A stretch of 50,588 nt of DNA, taken from assembly GCA_041486775.1 (NCBI GenBank), contig JBGPMB010000003.1:1-50588 (forward strand). Direction: 5' to 3'. This document shows positions 18,005-28,237 of the stretch, in pieces. Origin of the DNA: Candidatus Eiseniibacteriota bacterium. Lineage in GTDB: Bacteria > Eisenbacteria > RBG-16-71-46 > SZUA-252. The notes beneath the pieces were generated by a model. That model made no database searches. It saw nothing but the letters and a program-made list of their open reading frames with translations, and was not told the DNA's origin. A program made the position numbers and the translations under genes. Positions within the stretch are counted from its first letter, which is position 1, and every line of letters starts with the position of its first letter.

Positions 18005-19575
18005 ATCTCGCGGCGGAGGGGGCGATACCAGCCGAGCAGGAGAAGAACGAGCACGAGCCCGATGCAGAGCGCGGTCAGCCAGTCGCCCCAGACCCGGAAG
18101 AGTGTCGGGGCTCCGCCCAGCTCCACGTCTCCCCCGAGGAGTGCCTCGCGAAAAAGCGGGCTGGGCTGGCTCACGCGTCCGAGAGGATCGATGATCATCG
18201 AGATTCCGGTGTTCGCGCAGCGCGCCATGCCCAGGTCCTCCTCCACGCATCTCAGGATGGCCATGTCGGCATGCTGGCGGGGCGCCGCGGTGGGCCCGAA
18301 CCATTCATCGTTCGTGATGTTCACGAGAAAGCGAGCCCCGTCGGTGCCGTAGTCGCGCGCGAGCCCGGGAAAGATCGATTCGAAGCAGATGAGCACTCCG
18401 AAGGGCGCCCCCCGGAACGGAAAGATCACCGGCTTCGTGCCCGGCGTCCACTCGGCCTGCCCGAGGTCGATCTTGCCCAGGAACGGCAGGAGCCCCTGGA
18501 ACGGGATCCGCTCTCCGAAAGGCACGAGATGGATCTTCTCGTATTGCGCCGCGATCGTGCGCGAGGGCAGCACCAGCCCCGCCGCGTTGTGGGTGATCAC
18601 CCCGCCGCTCAACGTGAAGGTCGCGTCGGGGTATCCCAGGAGGAGCGGAACGTTCAGCTCCTGGATCAGATCGAAGAGCATCTCCAGCTTGGGCGGCTCC
18701 AACCGGACGTAGAACGGAAGCGCCGTCTCGGGCCAGATCAGGAGGTCCGGCTTCGGCACCTGCTCGGCGGCCTCACGCGAGAGCCGCGCCAGCGTGCGGA
18801 TGCTCTTCTCCTGATGCGCCGCGTCCCACTTCTCCTCGCTCGAGATATCGGGCTGCACCAGCGCGACGCGGATGGTCTCTCCCGGACGGTGCGTGCGGAC
18901 GCGAGCCTGTCCCCAGAGCACCGGCCCCGCCACGAGCGCGATCCCGAGCAGGGCCAGCGCCACGCGCGCGGCCCAGCGCTTCGCGAGGAAGGCTCCGGCG
19001 AGAACCGCGTTCACAGTGACGATCCAGATGCTGAGCCCGGGCGCTCCGATGAACTGCGCGCCCTGGATCCACGCGGGGTGCTCAGCCAGGGCGTAGCTCA
19101 CGTTCCCCCAGGGGCACCCGAGCGGGCCGGAGGATTTGAGCCACTCCGTCACACCCCACACGGCGGGCGCCACCACCAGCGGCGACCATCCGACTCGGCG
19201 GCGGATGAAGCGGGTGATCCATCCGAAGAGCGCGACGAAGAACCCGAGGTAGAGCGCCAGAGCCAGGAGCGCGGGAAAGATGATCCAGGGATGGGTCATC
19301 GCGGCGGCGGGAAGCCGCACGAGCCACCAGAAGAGGAGCATGTTGAAGACGACTCCCGCGAGCCAGGGGACGAATCCCGACCCGCGCGAAGGGCTCGCGG
19401 GCGGCGCCGTGGAGGCGGGACCCGCCGCGTCGCGCGAGAGCCAGATCAGGAGCGGCACGAGGGCGACGAACACGAGGGGCATGAGGCCCGCGTTCGGGAA
19501 GGAAAGGCTCAGCAAGATTCCGGACGCGGCCGCCGCCAGCGGCCCCCGAGGACGGCTAATGGAGGCGGACCTCAC
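18001..19575 (-). CDS. lnt: Apolipoprotein N-acyltransferase
   Basis: Multi-TM N-terminus; nitrilase triad in WPETA, YEKIHLVPFGE and ICFESIF; NITNDEWFG, RCANTGIS. Start GTG 19575 or 19614. Confidence 0.95.
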   Translation of the reverse strand: MRSASISRPRGPLAAAASGILLSLSFPNAGLMPLVFVALVPLLIWLSRDAAGPASTAPPASPSRGSGFVPWLAGVVFNMLLFWWLVRLPAAAMTHPWIIFPALLALALYLGFFVALFGWITRFIRRRVGWSPLVVAPAVWGVTEWLKSSGPLGCPWGNVSYALAEHPAWIQGAQFIGAPGLSIWIVTVNAVLAGAFLAKRWAARVALALLGIALVAGPVLWGQARVRTHRPGETIRVALVQPDISSEEKWDAAHQEKSIRTLARLSREAAEQVPKPDLLIWPETALPFYVRLEPPKLEMLFDLIQELNVPLLLGYPDATFTLSGGVITHNAAGLVLPSRTIAAQYEKIHLVPFGERIPFQGLLPFLGKIDLGQAEWTPGTKPVIFPFRGAPFGVLICFESIFPGLARDYGTDGARFLVNITNDEWFGPTAAPRQHADMAILRCVEEDLGMARCANTGISMIIDPLGRVSQPSPLFREALLGGDVELGGAPTLFRVWGDWLTALCIGLVLVLLLLGWYRPLRREI

Positions 19576-20572
19576 GGCGCGCGTCTGCGGATTGGTAGAT
19601 GGCGTCGATGACACGCATCACCTGGTATCCTTCCTCGGGAGACGCCTGGGGACGCTCACCCTGCGTGATGCAGCGGAGGAAATGCTCCAGCTCCAGCTCG
19701 TAGGACTGCTTGTAGAGGTTTCGCACCGAATCCAGCGACGGGGTGACGTCCTTGAGGCGCCCTCCCATCTCCTTGTGGACCCGGAACGGGTGCAGGAGCG
19801 CCGCCCCCTCCGTGCCGTAGAGGATCAGGTACGAGAAGTTCTTCTCGAGCAGGAGCGCCCAGCTCACCTCGAGCGTCAACGAGGCGCCCGACTCGAGGAT
19901 CAGCATCGCCGCCACCGTGTCCTCGACGTCCTGTCTCGGGTCGCGGACGTACTTGGTCGCGGTTACGGAGGCCACCTGGGGATTTCCGAGGAGCCACAGG
20001 GATAGGTCGAGCATCTGCACGCCCAGATCCATCAGCACGCCGCCCCCGGCGCTCCGCTTGTTGGTGTACCACTCGGGGCCGCCGCGTTCCGTGCGGTAGC
20101 GAAGCCATCCGGTCTTCGCGTAGAAGATGTCGCCCAGCTCGCGGCGCTCGATGAGGCGCCGGAGCGCCTGGGCCTCGGCGCGGAACCGGTTGTTCATGGC
20201 ATACATCAGGGTCTTCCCGGAGCGTTTCGCCGCCTCCATCATCAGCAGCGCCTCGGAGGCGTTCCGGGCCGGAGGTTTCTCGCAGAGCACGTGCTTCCCG
20301 TAATCGAGCGCGGCCAGCGTCATGGGCGCGTGGAGGTGGTTGGGTGTGGAGATGATCACCGCGTCCAGCTCCTTGAGCCGGAGCAGCTTCTCGTAATCGG
20401 AGAGCGCGTGCGGCACCCGGAACCGCTCCGCGACCACCCGCGATTTCTCGGAATCGTCGTCGCAGACGGCGTAGATCTCGACGTCCTTCATGCGCGCGAG
20501 AGCCGGCAGGTGATTGACCTGCGCGATGGCTCCCACCCCGATCAGGCCGAGGCGGGTCAAATCCTGAGACAA
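19556..20572 (-). CDS. Gfo/Idh/MocA family oxidoreductase
   Basis: GLIGVGAIA, STPNHLH, GKHVLCEKP, GGGVLMDLGVQMLD. Confidence 0.92.
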   Translation of the reverse strand: MSQDLTRLGLIGVGAIAQVNHLPALARMKDVEIYAVCDDDSEKSRVVAERFRVPHALSDYEKLLRLKELDAVIISTPNHLHAPMTLAALDYGKHVLCEKPPARNASEALLMMEAAKRSGKTLMYAMNNRFRAEAQALRRLIERRELGDIFYAKTGWLRYRTERGGPEWYTNKRSAGGGVLMDLGVQMLDLSLWLLGNPQVASVTATKYVRDPRQDVEDTVAAMLILESGASLTLEVSWALLLEKNFSYLILYGTEGAALLHPFRVHKEMGGRLKDVTPSLDSVRNLYKQSYELELEHFLRCITQGERPQASPEEGYQVMRVIDAIYQSADARREVRLH

Positions 20573-20622
20573 GGTGGGCGCTCCCGATCACACGTGAGGG
20601 ACAAAGCCGCAAGCGTCGCGCG

Positions 20623-20646
20623 AGTATAGAAATACGGGACGCGAAA

Positions 20647-20650
<4 letters not shown>
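20623..20650 (-). promoter_or_regulatory. sigma70-type promoter for the oxidoreductase-lnt unit
   Basis: TTGATT (20650-20645), 16-nt spacer, TATACT (20628-20623). Confidence 0.55.
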
Positions 20651-21690
<1,040 letters not shown>

Positions 21691-21708
21691 GTCCCCGCCC
21701 CTCCGCCG

Positions 21709-22728
21709 CTACGCCGTGAGCCTCACCTCGCGAGTCCCCGGCAGGACCTGTCCCACGCGATGGCAGGCATGGCTCGCCTCGGCGAGCGCCCGCTCGACCG
21801 CGGATACGTCCTCGCGCTTCACGACGAGGATCATGCCCAGCCCCATGTTCCAAACTTCATAGGCTTCCGCTTCACGGACCGATCCGCTCTCACGCAGAAA
21901 ATTGAAGAATTCGGGCACGGGCCAGCTCCCGAGCTTCACCTCCGCCCGCAGCCCCTTCGGGAGCACGCGAACCAGGTTCCCGGGGATGCCTCCCCCGGTG
22001 ATATGAGCCATGCCGCGCACCGCGCCCGCCGAGCGGGCCGCCGCTACCGGCGCGCCGTAATAGGGGTGGGGCTTCAGAAGCTCCTGCCCCACGGTTCCTC
22101 CGAAGGGGAGCCGGTCGTTCACGCCGAGCCTCAGCGTGTCGAAGAGGATCTTGCGCGCCAGGGAGTAGCCGTTCGTGTGGAGTCCCACCGCGGGGAGTCC
22201 CAGGAGCTGGTCGCCCGCGGCGATCTCCTTGCCGTCGACCCACTCCGACTCCGAGACGATCCCCACGATCGCGCCGGCGAGATCGTAGTCCTCCGGCGCG
22301 TAGAGCCCCGGCATCTCCGCGGTCTCTCCTCCGATCAGGGCGCACCCCACGCGGCGGCATCCGGCCGCGAGGCCCGAGACCACGTCCTCGACGCGCCTGG
22401 GGTCGAGCGAGCCCATGGCGATGTAGTCGAGAAAGAAGAGCGGAGTCGCTCCGTGGACCAGGATGTCATTGCCGCAATGGCAGACCAGGTCCTCGCCGAT
22501 GGTGTCGTGCTTGTTGCAGAGGACCGCGACCTTGAGCTTGGTGCCCACGCCGTCCATGCTCGAAGCGAGCAGCTTCCCCGGTGCGCCCGGGATCCGGTAC
22601 GCGCCCGCGAATCCACCCAGGTCCGCCGCGACGTTCGCGTTGAACGTGGAGCGGCAAAGCTCGCGGATCCGGTCCACCGCCTCTTCCCCCTTCTTGATGT
22701 TCACGCCCGCGTCGCGGTAGCGGCTCAT
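21709..22728 (-). CDS. purM: Phosphoribosylformylglycinamidine cyclo-ligase (AIR synthase)
   Basis: YRDAGVN, DGVGTKL, PLFFLDY, GGETAEMPG, GLHTNGYSL, AHITGGG, WNMGLG. ATG 22728 overlaps the HD-GYP stop. Confidence 0.96.
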   Translation of the reverse strand: MSRYRDAGVNIKKGEEAVDRIRELCRSTFNANVAADLGGFAGAYRIPGAPGKLLASSMDGVGTKLKVAVLCNKHDTIGEDLVCHCGNDILVHGATPLFFLDYIAMGSLDPRRVEDVVSGLAAGCRRVGCALIGGETAEMPGLYAPEDYDLAGAIVGIVSESEWVDGKEIAAGDQLLGLPAVGLHTNGYSLARKILFDTLRLGVNDRLPFGGTVGQELLKPHPYYGAPVAAARSAGAVRGMAHITGGGIPGNLVRVLPKGLRAEVKLGSWPVPEFFNFLRESGSVREAEAYEVWNMGLGMILVVKREDVSAVERALAEASHACHRVGQVLPGTREVRLTA

Positions 22729-24080
22729 GGCGCGACCTCGACGAAGAGGTCCACGTCCGCCGGGGTGAGCGAAAGCGCCCCCGCGTCGTGGAGCGCCGAG
22801 AGCGCGGCCACCGCCCCCGGATCGAACTGGGACCCGGCGTGGCGTTGGAGCTCCGCCAAGGCACGGAGCACCGGAAGGCCCTTCCGGTACGGCCGATCCG
22901 ACGTCATCGCGTCGAAGGCGTCGCAGACGTGGATGATCCGCGCGCCCAGCGGAACTTCCGAATCCAGGAGCCCGCTCGGGTAGCCTCGCCCATCCGGACG
23001 CCAGTGATGGGTGCGCACCATGGCCGCCGCGGTGCGGAGCGCGCGGATCTGGCCCACGATGCGCGCGCCCGCTTCCGGATGGCGCATCATGTGCCTCCGC
23101 TCGTCGGGATCGAGGGCATCGGGCTTCCGGATCACCTCGGGCCGTTGCGCGATCTTTCCGATATCGTGGCAGAGCGCCGCGTAGTGGATCGTCTCGACCT
23201 CGTCCTCGCGAAGGCCGAGGCGGCGCGCGACGCGCACCGAATACTCGGCGACCCGGACCGAGTGCTCGTGCGTGTAGGGATCCACCGCGTCCAGCACGAC
23301 GCTGAGCGCGCGCACGAAGCTCACCAGATCCCCTCTCAGATCGGCGTAGAGCTGGAGCGCGTAGCGGGCGAAGAGGAGCGGGAGGACCAGGAGCAGCACG
23401 CCCGGTACCCCCGCGGCGACGCGCACCTGCGCGAAGAGGAGTCCGAAGCCGATCGAAAGCGCGTACTGGGGCACGCCGTCCCGGAACTGATCCCGCCAGA
23501 TCCGGCCGGGGTCCTGCCCGCTGCGCGTGCCGAGGACGAGACTCACCGCGCTGGTGTTGAGCATGAAATAGAGCGAGCTCGCGAGAAGCACCGGAAAGGT
23601 GTCGCGCATCAGATGCGGCGCGCCGAGCGATCCGCCTGCGGCGAGGAACGCCGCGCCGGCGAGAATGGTGGTCGAGGCGTAGAGACCCGCGTTCAAGACC
23701 GCCTCGCCGGAGGGCCGGCGCAGAACCACCATCTGGGCGATGACGGTGGTGACCAGATCCAGCGTGCCGGCGATCCAGGGACCGAAGAGAAGGATGGCGC
23801 CCAGATCCAGAATGGACGCGATCGTCATGGTGCCCCCGCGGACCATCGGCACCGGGAGCGCCTCCGCGACGACCAGAAGCACGAACCAGACGCCGATACC
23901 CCACGCGTCCCACCGCGTCTGTTTCACGTCGGGCCCGCCGAAGATCGCGAGCAGCACCGGGAGCGCGGCCAGGAAGGACGGCAGAAGGAGCCACGCGAGC
24001 CGAGGCGTCCACGCGGCGCGCGCGGCGCCCGTCTGTGGCTCGAGCGGCATCACGAGCTCGGCTTCCAGTCTCCGACCCAA
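22725..24080 (-). CDS. HD-GYP domain cyclic-dinucleotide phosphodiesterase with N-terminal multi-TM sensor domain
   Basis: DPYTHEHSVRV, HDIGK, HHWRPDGRGYP, ARIIHVCDAFDAMTSDRPYRK, GSQFDP; about 6-7 TM segments upstream. Confidence 0.9.
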   Translation of the reverse strand: MGRRLEAELVMPLEPQTGAARAAWTPRLAWLLLPSFLAALPVLLAIFGGPDVKQTRWDAWGIGVWFVLLVVAEALPVPMVRGGTMTIASILDLGAILLFGPWIAGTLDLVTTVIAQMVVLRRPSGEAVLNAGLYASTTILAGAAFLAAGGSLGAPHLMRDTFPVLLASSLYFMLNTSAVSLVLGTRSGQDPGRIWRDQFRDGVPQYALSIGFGLLFAQVRVAAGVPGVLLLVLPLLFARYALQLYADLRGDLVSFVRALSVVLDAVDPYTHEHSVRVAEYSVRVARRLGLREDEVETIHYAALCHDIGKIAQRPEVIRKPDALDPDERRHMMRHPEAGARIVGQIRALRTAAAMVRTHHWRPDGRGYPSGLLDSEVPLGARIIHVCDAFDAMTSDRPYRKGLPVLRALAELQRHAGSQFDPGAVAALSALHDAGALSLTPADVDLFVEVAP

Positions 24081-24111
24081 GGCCCCTCCCCTCGCAATGG
24101 GTTTCGCTTCC

Positions 24112-24126
24112 GCACGGAGTGTGCCA
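24112..24126 (-). promoter_or_regulatory. Candidate sigma54 (-24/-12) promoter for HD-GYP-purM-bEBP
   Basis: TGGCACACTCCGTGC: GG-N10-GC with a perfect TGGCAC -24 element, about 30 bp upstream of the HD-GYP start. Confidence 0.55.
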
Positions 24127-24231
24127 GGGCGCGCCTCCGGGCGCCAGCGGACAACTTCCCATCGAAACGCGGCGCCGGCCCGAGCTCAGGCCTCGGCGCG
24201 CCCTAGATGCCGCGTCGGCGCGCCGACAGCG

Positions 24232-25161
24232 TCAACGAATGAGCCGCCCGGTGTTGTCCAGGCTGAAGCGGGTCATCTCCATGACCGCGTCGGCCCGGCG
24301 GAGGATCTCGGAGCGCTGGACGCGAAGCAGTCCGTCCACGCCGAAGTCCTCGACGGTGAACGAGGCCATCACGCATCCGTACACGACGGCGGCCCGCAGC
24401 GTGCGGTCGGTCACGCGGCCCATGCGCGCCAGCGCGCCGAAGAAGCCGCCGGCGAACGTGTCTCCGGCGCCCGTCGGATCGATCACGCTCTCGATGGGCA
24501 CGGCCGGGCAGGTGAAGTAGAGGTCGCGCCGTTGTAGGAAAGCGCCGTGCTCGCCCTCCTTGATGACGACGGCCTCCGGGCCCATCTCGAGAATCGCGCG
24601 GGCGGCGCGATGGGTGAGCGGCTCCCCCGTCAGCTCGCGCGCTTCCTCCTCGTTGATGAGAAGGACGCGCACCCGCTTCATGATCTTGAGCAGCTCCTCG
24701 CGCTTGCCGTGGATCCAGTAGTTCATGGTGTCGCAGAGCACCAGGCGCGGATTCTGCAGCTGATCCAAGACCTCGCTCTGGAGCACCGGATCGATGTTGG
24801 CGAGAAAGACGTTGGTGAACGCGCGCAGCCGCTCGGGGAGCTTCGGCCGGAACCGCTCGAACACGTTGAGCTCGGTGCGCCGGGTCTCGCGCGTGTTCAT
24901 GTCGCGGCTGTAGACCCCCTCCCACCGGAAGGTCTTCCCCTCCTGGACCTCGAGCCCCGAGAGATCCAGGTTCGGATGCTCGAGCTTTCTCCGCGCCGAG
25001 GCGGGAAAATCCGTGCCGACCACCGCGACCACGGAAACCGGAAGGAAGTGCCGAGCCGCGAGGGCGAAGTACGCGGCCGATCCGCCGAGCACTTCCTCCG
25101 CGCGCCCCGCGGGCGTCTCGATGGTGTCGAGGCCGAGCGAGCCGACGACCGCGATCGCCAT
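24232..25161 (-). CDS. PfkB-family carbohydrate/nucleoside kinase
   Basis: LGGSAAYFA, DTMNYWI, INEEEA, signature DPTGAGDTFAGG. Confidence 0.92.
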   Translation of the reverse strand: MAIAVVGSLGLDTIETPAGRAEEVLGGSAAYFALAARHFLPVSVVAVVGTDFPASARRKLEHPNLDLSGLEVQEGKTFRWEGVYSRDMNTRETRRTELNVFERFRPKLPERLRAFTNVFLANIDPVLQSEVLDQLQNPRLVLCDTMNYWIHGKREELLKIMKRVRVLLINEEEARELTGEPLTHRAARAILEMGPEAVVIKEGEHGAFLQRRDLYFTCPAVPIESVIDPTGAGDTFAGGFFGALARMGRVTDRTLRAAVVYGCVMASFTVEDFGVDGLLRVQRSEILRRADAVMEMTRFSLDNTGRLIR

Positions 25162-25163
25162 GG

Positions 25164-26843
25164 CTACATCGACTCCGGCGCGCTCACGCCCAGGAGCTCG
25201 AGACCGCGCCGAAAGACGACGCCGGTCGCCCGCGTGAGGAGAAGCCGCGCCGCGGTCACGGCGGCATCCGGCCCGACCACGCGATGCTGGTGATAAAATG
25301 AGTGAAACTTAGCCGCCAATTCTTTGAGATACATAGGAATACGATGTGGCTCCCGACTCCGCGCCGTGGCCGCCACCAGGGACGGGAACCCCGCGAGTCC
25401 CCGGAGCAAGGTCAGCGTCTCGGCCTCCGGGAGGAGGTCCGCGCGCGCCGATTCCAGGCCCGGCTCCGGCACCCCCTGCTGCCGCGCGTAGTCGAGCACG
25501 TGGGCGATCCGCGCATGCGCATACTGGACGTAGTACACGGGGTTGTCCTCGCTCCGCTTCACCGCGAGCTCCAGGTCGAAATCCAACGGACTCTCCGCGC
25601 GGCGCATCAGGAAGAAGAACCGCGCCGCGTCCACCCCCACTTCCTGCACGAGATCCTCCAGCGTGACGAACTCGCCCGCGCGCTTGGACATCTTCACCGG
25701 CTCCCCGCCGCGGAGGAGCCGCACCCATTGGATCAGGATCACCTCGAAGCGGTCCCTCGGCCACCCCAGCGCCTCGATCACCCCCTGCATCCTCTGGACG
25801 TGCCCGTGATGGTCCGGTCCCAGGAGATCGATGAGGCGGTCGAAGCCCCGCGAGAACTTGTCGTGGTGGTAGGCCGCGTCGGCGAGAAAGTACGTCGGCT
25901 CGCCGTTGGTGCGCACGATCACCCGGTCTTCCTGGTCTCCGAACGCCGTGGAACGAAACCAGAGCGCGCCGTCCCTCGTGTCGGTCAGCCCGCGCTCCAC
26001 GAGACGCGCCCGGGCCTTCTCCACCGCGCCGCCCTGATGGAGCTCGCTCTCCCGGAACCAACGATCCATCCGGGCGCCGAAGCTTCCCAGGTCCTTCTTC
26101 TGACGCTCGAGCATCCGGTCGATGCCCCAGCCCGCGAAGCGGAGCCGCCGGTCACGCTCCGGCAGCTCGAGCCACGAGCGCCCCTCCGCCTCCGGGACGG
26201 TCGCCGCCACGTCGGTCACGTAGGAGCCGGCGTAGCCCTCCTCGGGGATCGGCGACGCCGTCACACCCATCCGCTCCGCGAAGCGCGATTCGATCGAAGC
26301 GCCGAAGAGCTCGGCCTGCAGGCCCCAGTCGTTCGCATAGAACTCGCCGCGCGCCTCGTAGCCCGCGGCATTCAGGATCCGGATCAGCGCGTCGCCGATG
26401 CTGGCCGCCCGCGCGTTCACGACGTTGAGCGGGCCGGTCGGGTTCGCGCTCACGTACTCGATGAGGATCTTCTCCCCGAGCCCCGCGGAGGAACGGCCGT
26501 AGGTGTCGGGCGCGCTCAGGATCCGGCTCAGGTTCGAGGCGAGCCACGCGGGCGCGAGACGGAAATTGAGGAAGCCCGCCCCCGCGATCTCGATCCCGCT
26601 CACCACGTCGCTCTCGGTCTCGAGCGCGTCACGGAGCGCCTCCGCGATCTGACGGGGCGGTTTGCGCGCGGTCTTCGCGAGCGTCAGCGCGACGGGTGTG
26701 GCCCAGTCGCCGTGCTCGGGCTCGCGCGGGACCTCGACATCGATCCGCGCGCCCTCGGGGAGCAGGAGACCTGCCCGGTCGATCGCCTGTGCCAGGCGCT
26801 CGGCCAGGTAGGCCTCAATCGGCCACGGTTTCTCGACGGGCAT
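25164..26843 (-). CDS. argS: Arginine--tRNA ligase
   Basis: HGDWAT, AGAGFLNF, EYVSANPTGPL, GPDHHGH, KMSKRAG, NPVYYVQYAHARI, LGVSAPESM. Start ATG 26843. Confidence 0.96.
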   Translation of the reverse strand: MPVEKPWPIEAYLAERLAQAIDRAGLLLPEGARIDVEVPREPEHGDWATPVALTLAKTARKPPRQIAEALRDALETESDVVSGIEIAGAGFLNFRLAPAWLASNLSRILSAPDTYGRSSAGLGEKILIEYVSANPTGPLNVVNARAASIGDALIRILNAAGYEARGEFYANDWGLQAELFGASIESRFAERMGVTASPIPEEGYAGSYVTDVAATVPEAEGRSWLELPERDRRLRFAGWGIDRMLERQKKDLGSFGARMDRWFRESELHQGGAVEKARARLVERGLTDTRDGALWFRSTAFGDQEDRVIVRTNGEPTYFLADAAYHHDKFSRGFDRLIDLLGPDHHGHVQRMQGVIEALGWPRDRFEVILIQWVRLLRGGEPVKMSKRAGEFVTLEDLVQEVGVDAARFFFLMRRAESPLDFDLELAVKRSEDNPVYYVQYAHARIAHVLDYARQQGVPEPGLESARADLLPEAETLTLLRGLAGFPSLVAATARSREPHRIPMYLKELAAKFHSFYHQHRVVGPDAAVTAARLLLTRATGVVFRRGLELLGVSAPESM

Positions 26844-27183
26844 CGCCCCAGAGTTTGTCCAGGAGGTAGTACTCGCGGGCGCGCGTGTGGAAGACGTGCA
26901 CCACGAAATCGACGTAATCGAGGAGGATCCACCGACGCGCCTCGTAACCCTCGACGTGCCAAGGACGGACACCGCGCGCGCGCATCCCTTCGTCCACCGC
27001 GTCGGCGATCGCGCGGGTCTGGACCTCGGACTGCCCCGTCGCGAGCACGAAGTAATCGCACACGCCGGCGAGCTCCCGGAGGTCCAGGATCACCACCTCC
27101 TCGGCCCGCTTGGTCAAGGTGAGGCGCGCGGCCTCGCGCGCCAGGTCCTGGGCGGGAAGATTCAGAGCGGGAAGCTGGCTCAA
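26815..27183 (-). CDS. rsfS: Ribosome silencing factor RsfS (Iojap)
   Basis: KRAEEVVILDL, DYFVLATG, WILLDYVDFVVHVF, REYYLLDKLWGD. Confidence 0.94.
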   Translation of the reverse strand: MSQLPALNLPAQDLAREAARLTLTKRAEEVVILDLRELAGVCDYFVLATGQSEVQTRAIADAVDEGMRARGVRPWHVEGYEARRWILLDYVDFVVHVFHTRAREYYLLDKLWGDARRETVAD

Positions 27184-28199
27184 CGCTCGCGCGTCACCGC
27201 GTAGCGGACGGCATCCTTGAGGGACTCGCGGATCTCGAGATCCGGAACGGCCTCGAGCTCCTCCTCGGCGCGCTCCGCCAGCTTGGCGCTGGTCTTCTGG
27301 CTGTAGGCCACGCCGCCGTGCACGGTCACGAACCGGACCACGTCGGACCAGTGTCCGTTCCGGAAGTCGCGCGACCGGATGAGGTCTTCCATTTCACGCC
27401 GCTCGCGGTCGGGCGCCTCGCGAAGGGCGTTGATCAGCGGAAGGGTGATCTTCCCGCCGTCGAGATCGTTCCCCATCGCCTTCCCCGTGACCGTTTCGGC
27501 CCCCAGGTAGTCGAAGACATCGTCCGTGATCTGGAACGCGAGCCCCAGGGCGCGGCCGAAGCGGTGGAGCGACGCGCGGCATTTCGCGTTCGCGCCCCCC
27601 TCGTTCGCTCCCAGCTCGCAGCCCGCGGACATGAGGCAGGCCGTCTTCTCGTCGATCACGCGCATGTATTCCTGCTCGCTCAGGTCGAGGCGGTTCTTCT
27701 GCTCGATCTGGCGCAGCTCGCCCTGGCTCATGCGATGCGTCGCCTCGGCCAGAAGATCCATGGCCTCGTACATGCGCTTGGTCACCATGATGGAGAACGC
27801 CTTCGAGTAGAGATAATCGCCCATGAGAATTGCGGTGTCGTTGTTGAACGCGCTGTTCACGGTGGGAAGTCCGCGGCGGAGGAGGCTCTTGTCCACGCTG
27901 TCGTCGTGGATCAGCGTGGCCGTGTGGATCAACTCGACCACCACCGAGCCGAAGATCGCCTCGTCGGTGACGCGACCGAATCCCTTCGCGGCCAGGAGGA
28001 CGAGGGTGGGGCGAAAGCGCTTGCCGTACGCGCGATGCAGATGCGCGCCGACGGTGCCGACGAGCCCGACGTCGCAGAGGAACGCCTCATCGAGCTCGGT
28101 TTGAAACCGCTCGAACGGCTCCGCGATCGGGCTCCGGATGGCCTCCAGCGTCGGTGCTTCCGCCGGAAGCACTTCTGGCGCTTGTCTGCGAGCGGTCAA
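27180..28199 (-). CDS. Polyprenyl diphosphate synthase (hepta/octaprenyl type)
   Basis: GKRFRP, FARM IHDDSVD..RRG, GDYL, KTA, SARM FQITDDVFD, GKITLP. Confidence 0.93.
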   Translation of the reverse strand: MTARRQAPEVLPAEAPTLEAIRSPIAEPFERFQTELDEAFLCDVGLVGTVGAHLHRAYGKRFRPTLVLLAAKGFGRVTDEAIFGSVVVELIHTATLIHDDSVDKSLLRRGLPTVNSAFNNDTAILMGDYLYSKAFSIMVTKRMYEAMDLLAEATHRMSQGELRQIEQKNRLDLSEQEYMRVIDEKTACLMSAGCELGANEGGANAKCRASLHRFGRALGLAFQITDDVFDYLGAETVTGKAMGNDLDGGKITLPLINALREAPDRERREMEDLIRSRDFRNGHWSDVVRFVTVHGGVAYSQKTSAKLAERAEEELEAVPDLEIRESLKDAVRYAVTRER

Positions 28200-28237
28200 T
28201 GGGCTCCCTAAGGCAAGGTTTCTGTGTGAATCGGCGG

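Noticed and set aside
21709-24162. An 817-aa ORF suggesting a long N-terminal fusion to PurM
   Set aside because: The extension is an Arg/Gly/Ala-rich alternative frame of the HD-GYP gene; PurM starts at ATG 22728. The same artefact inflates purQ, the PurS-like gene, the LolA-like gene, pgeF and Omp85(2).
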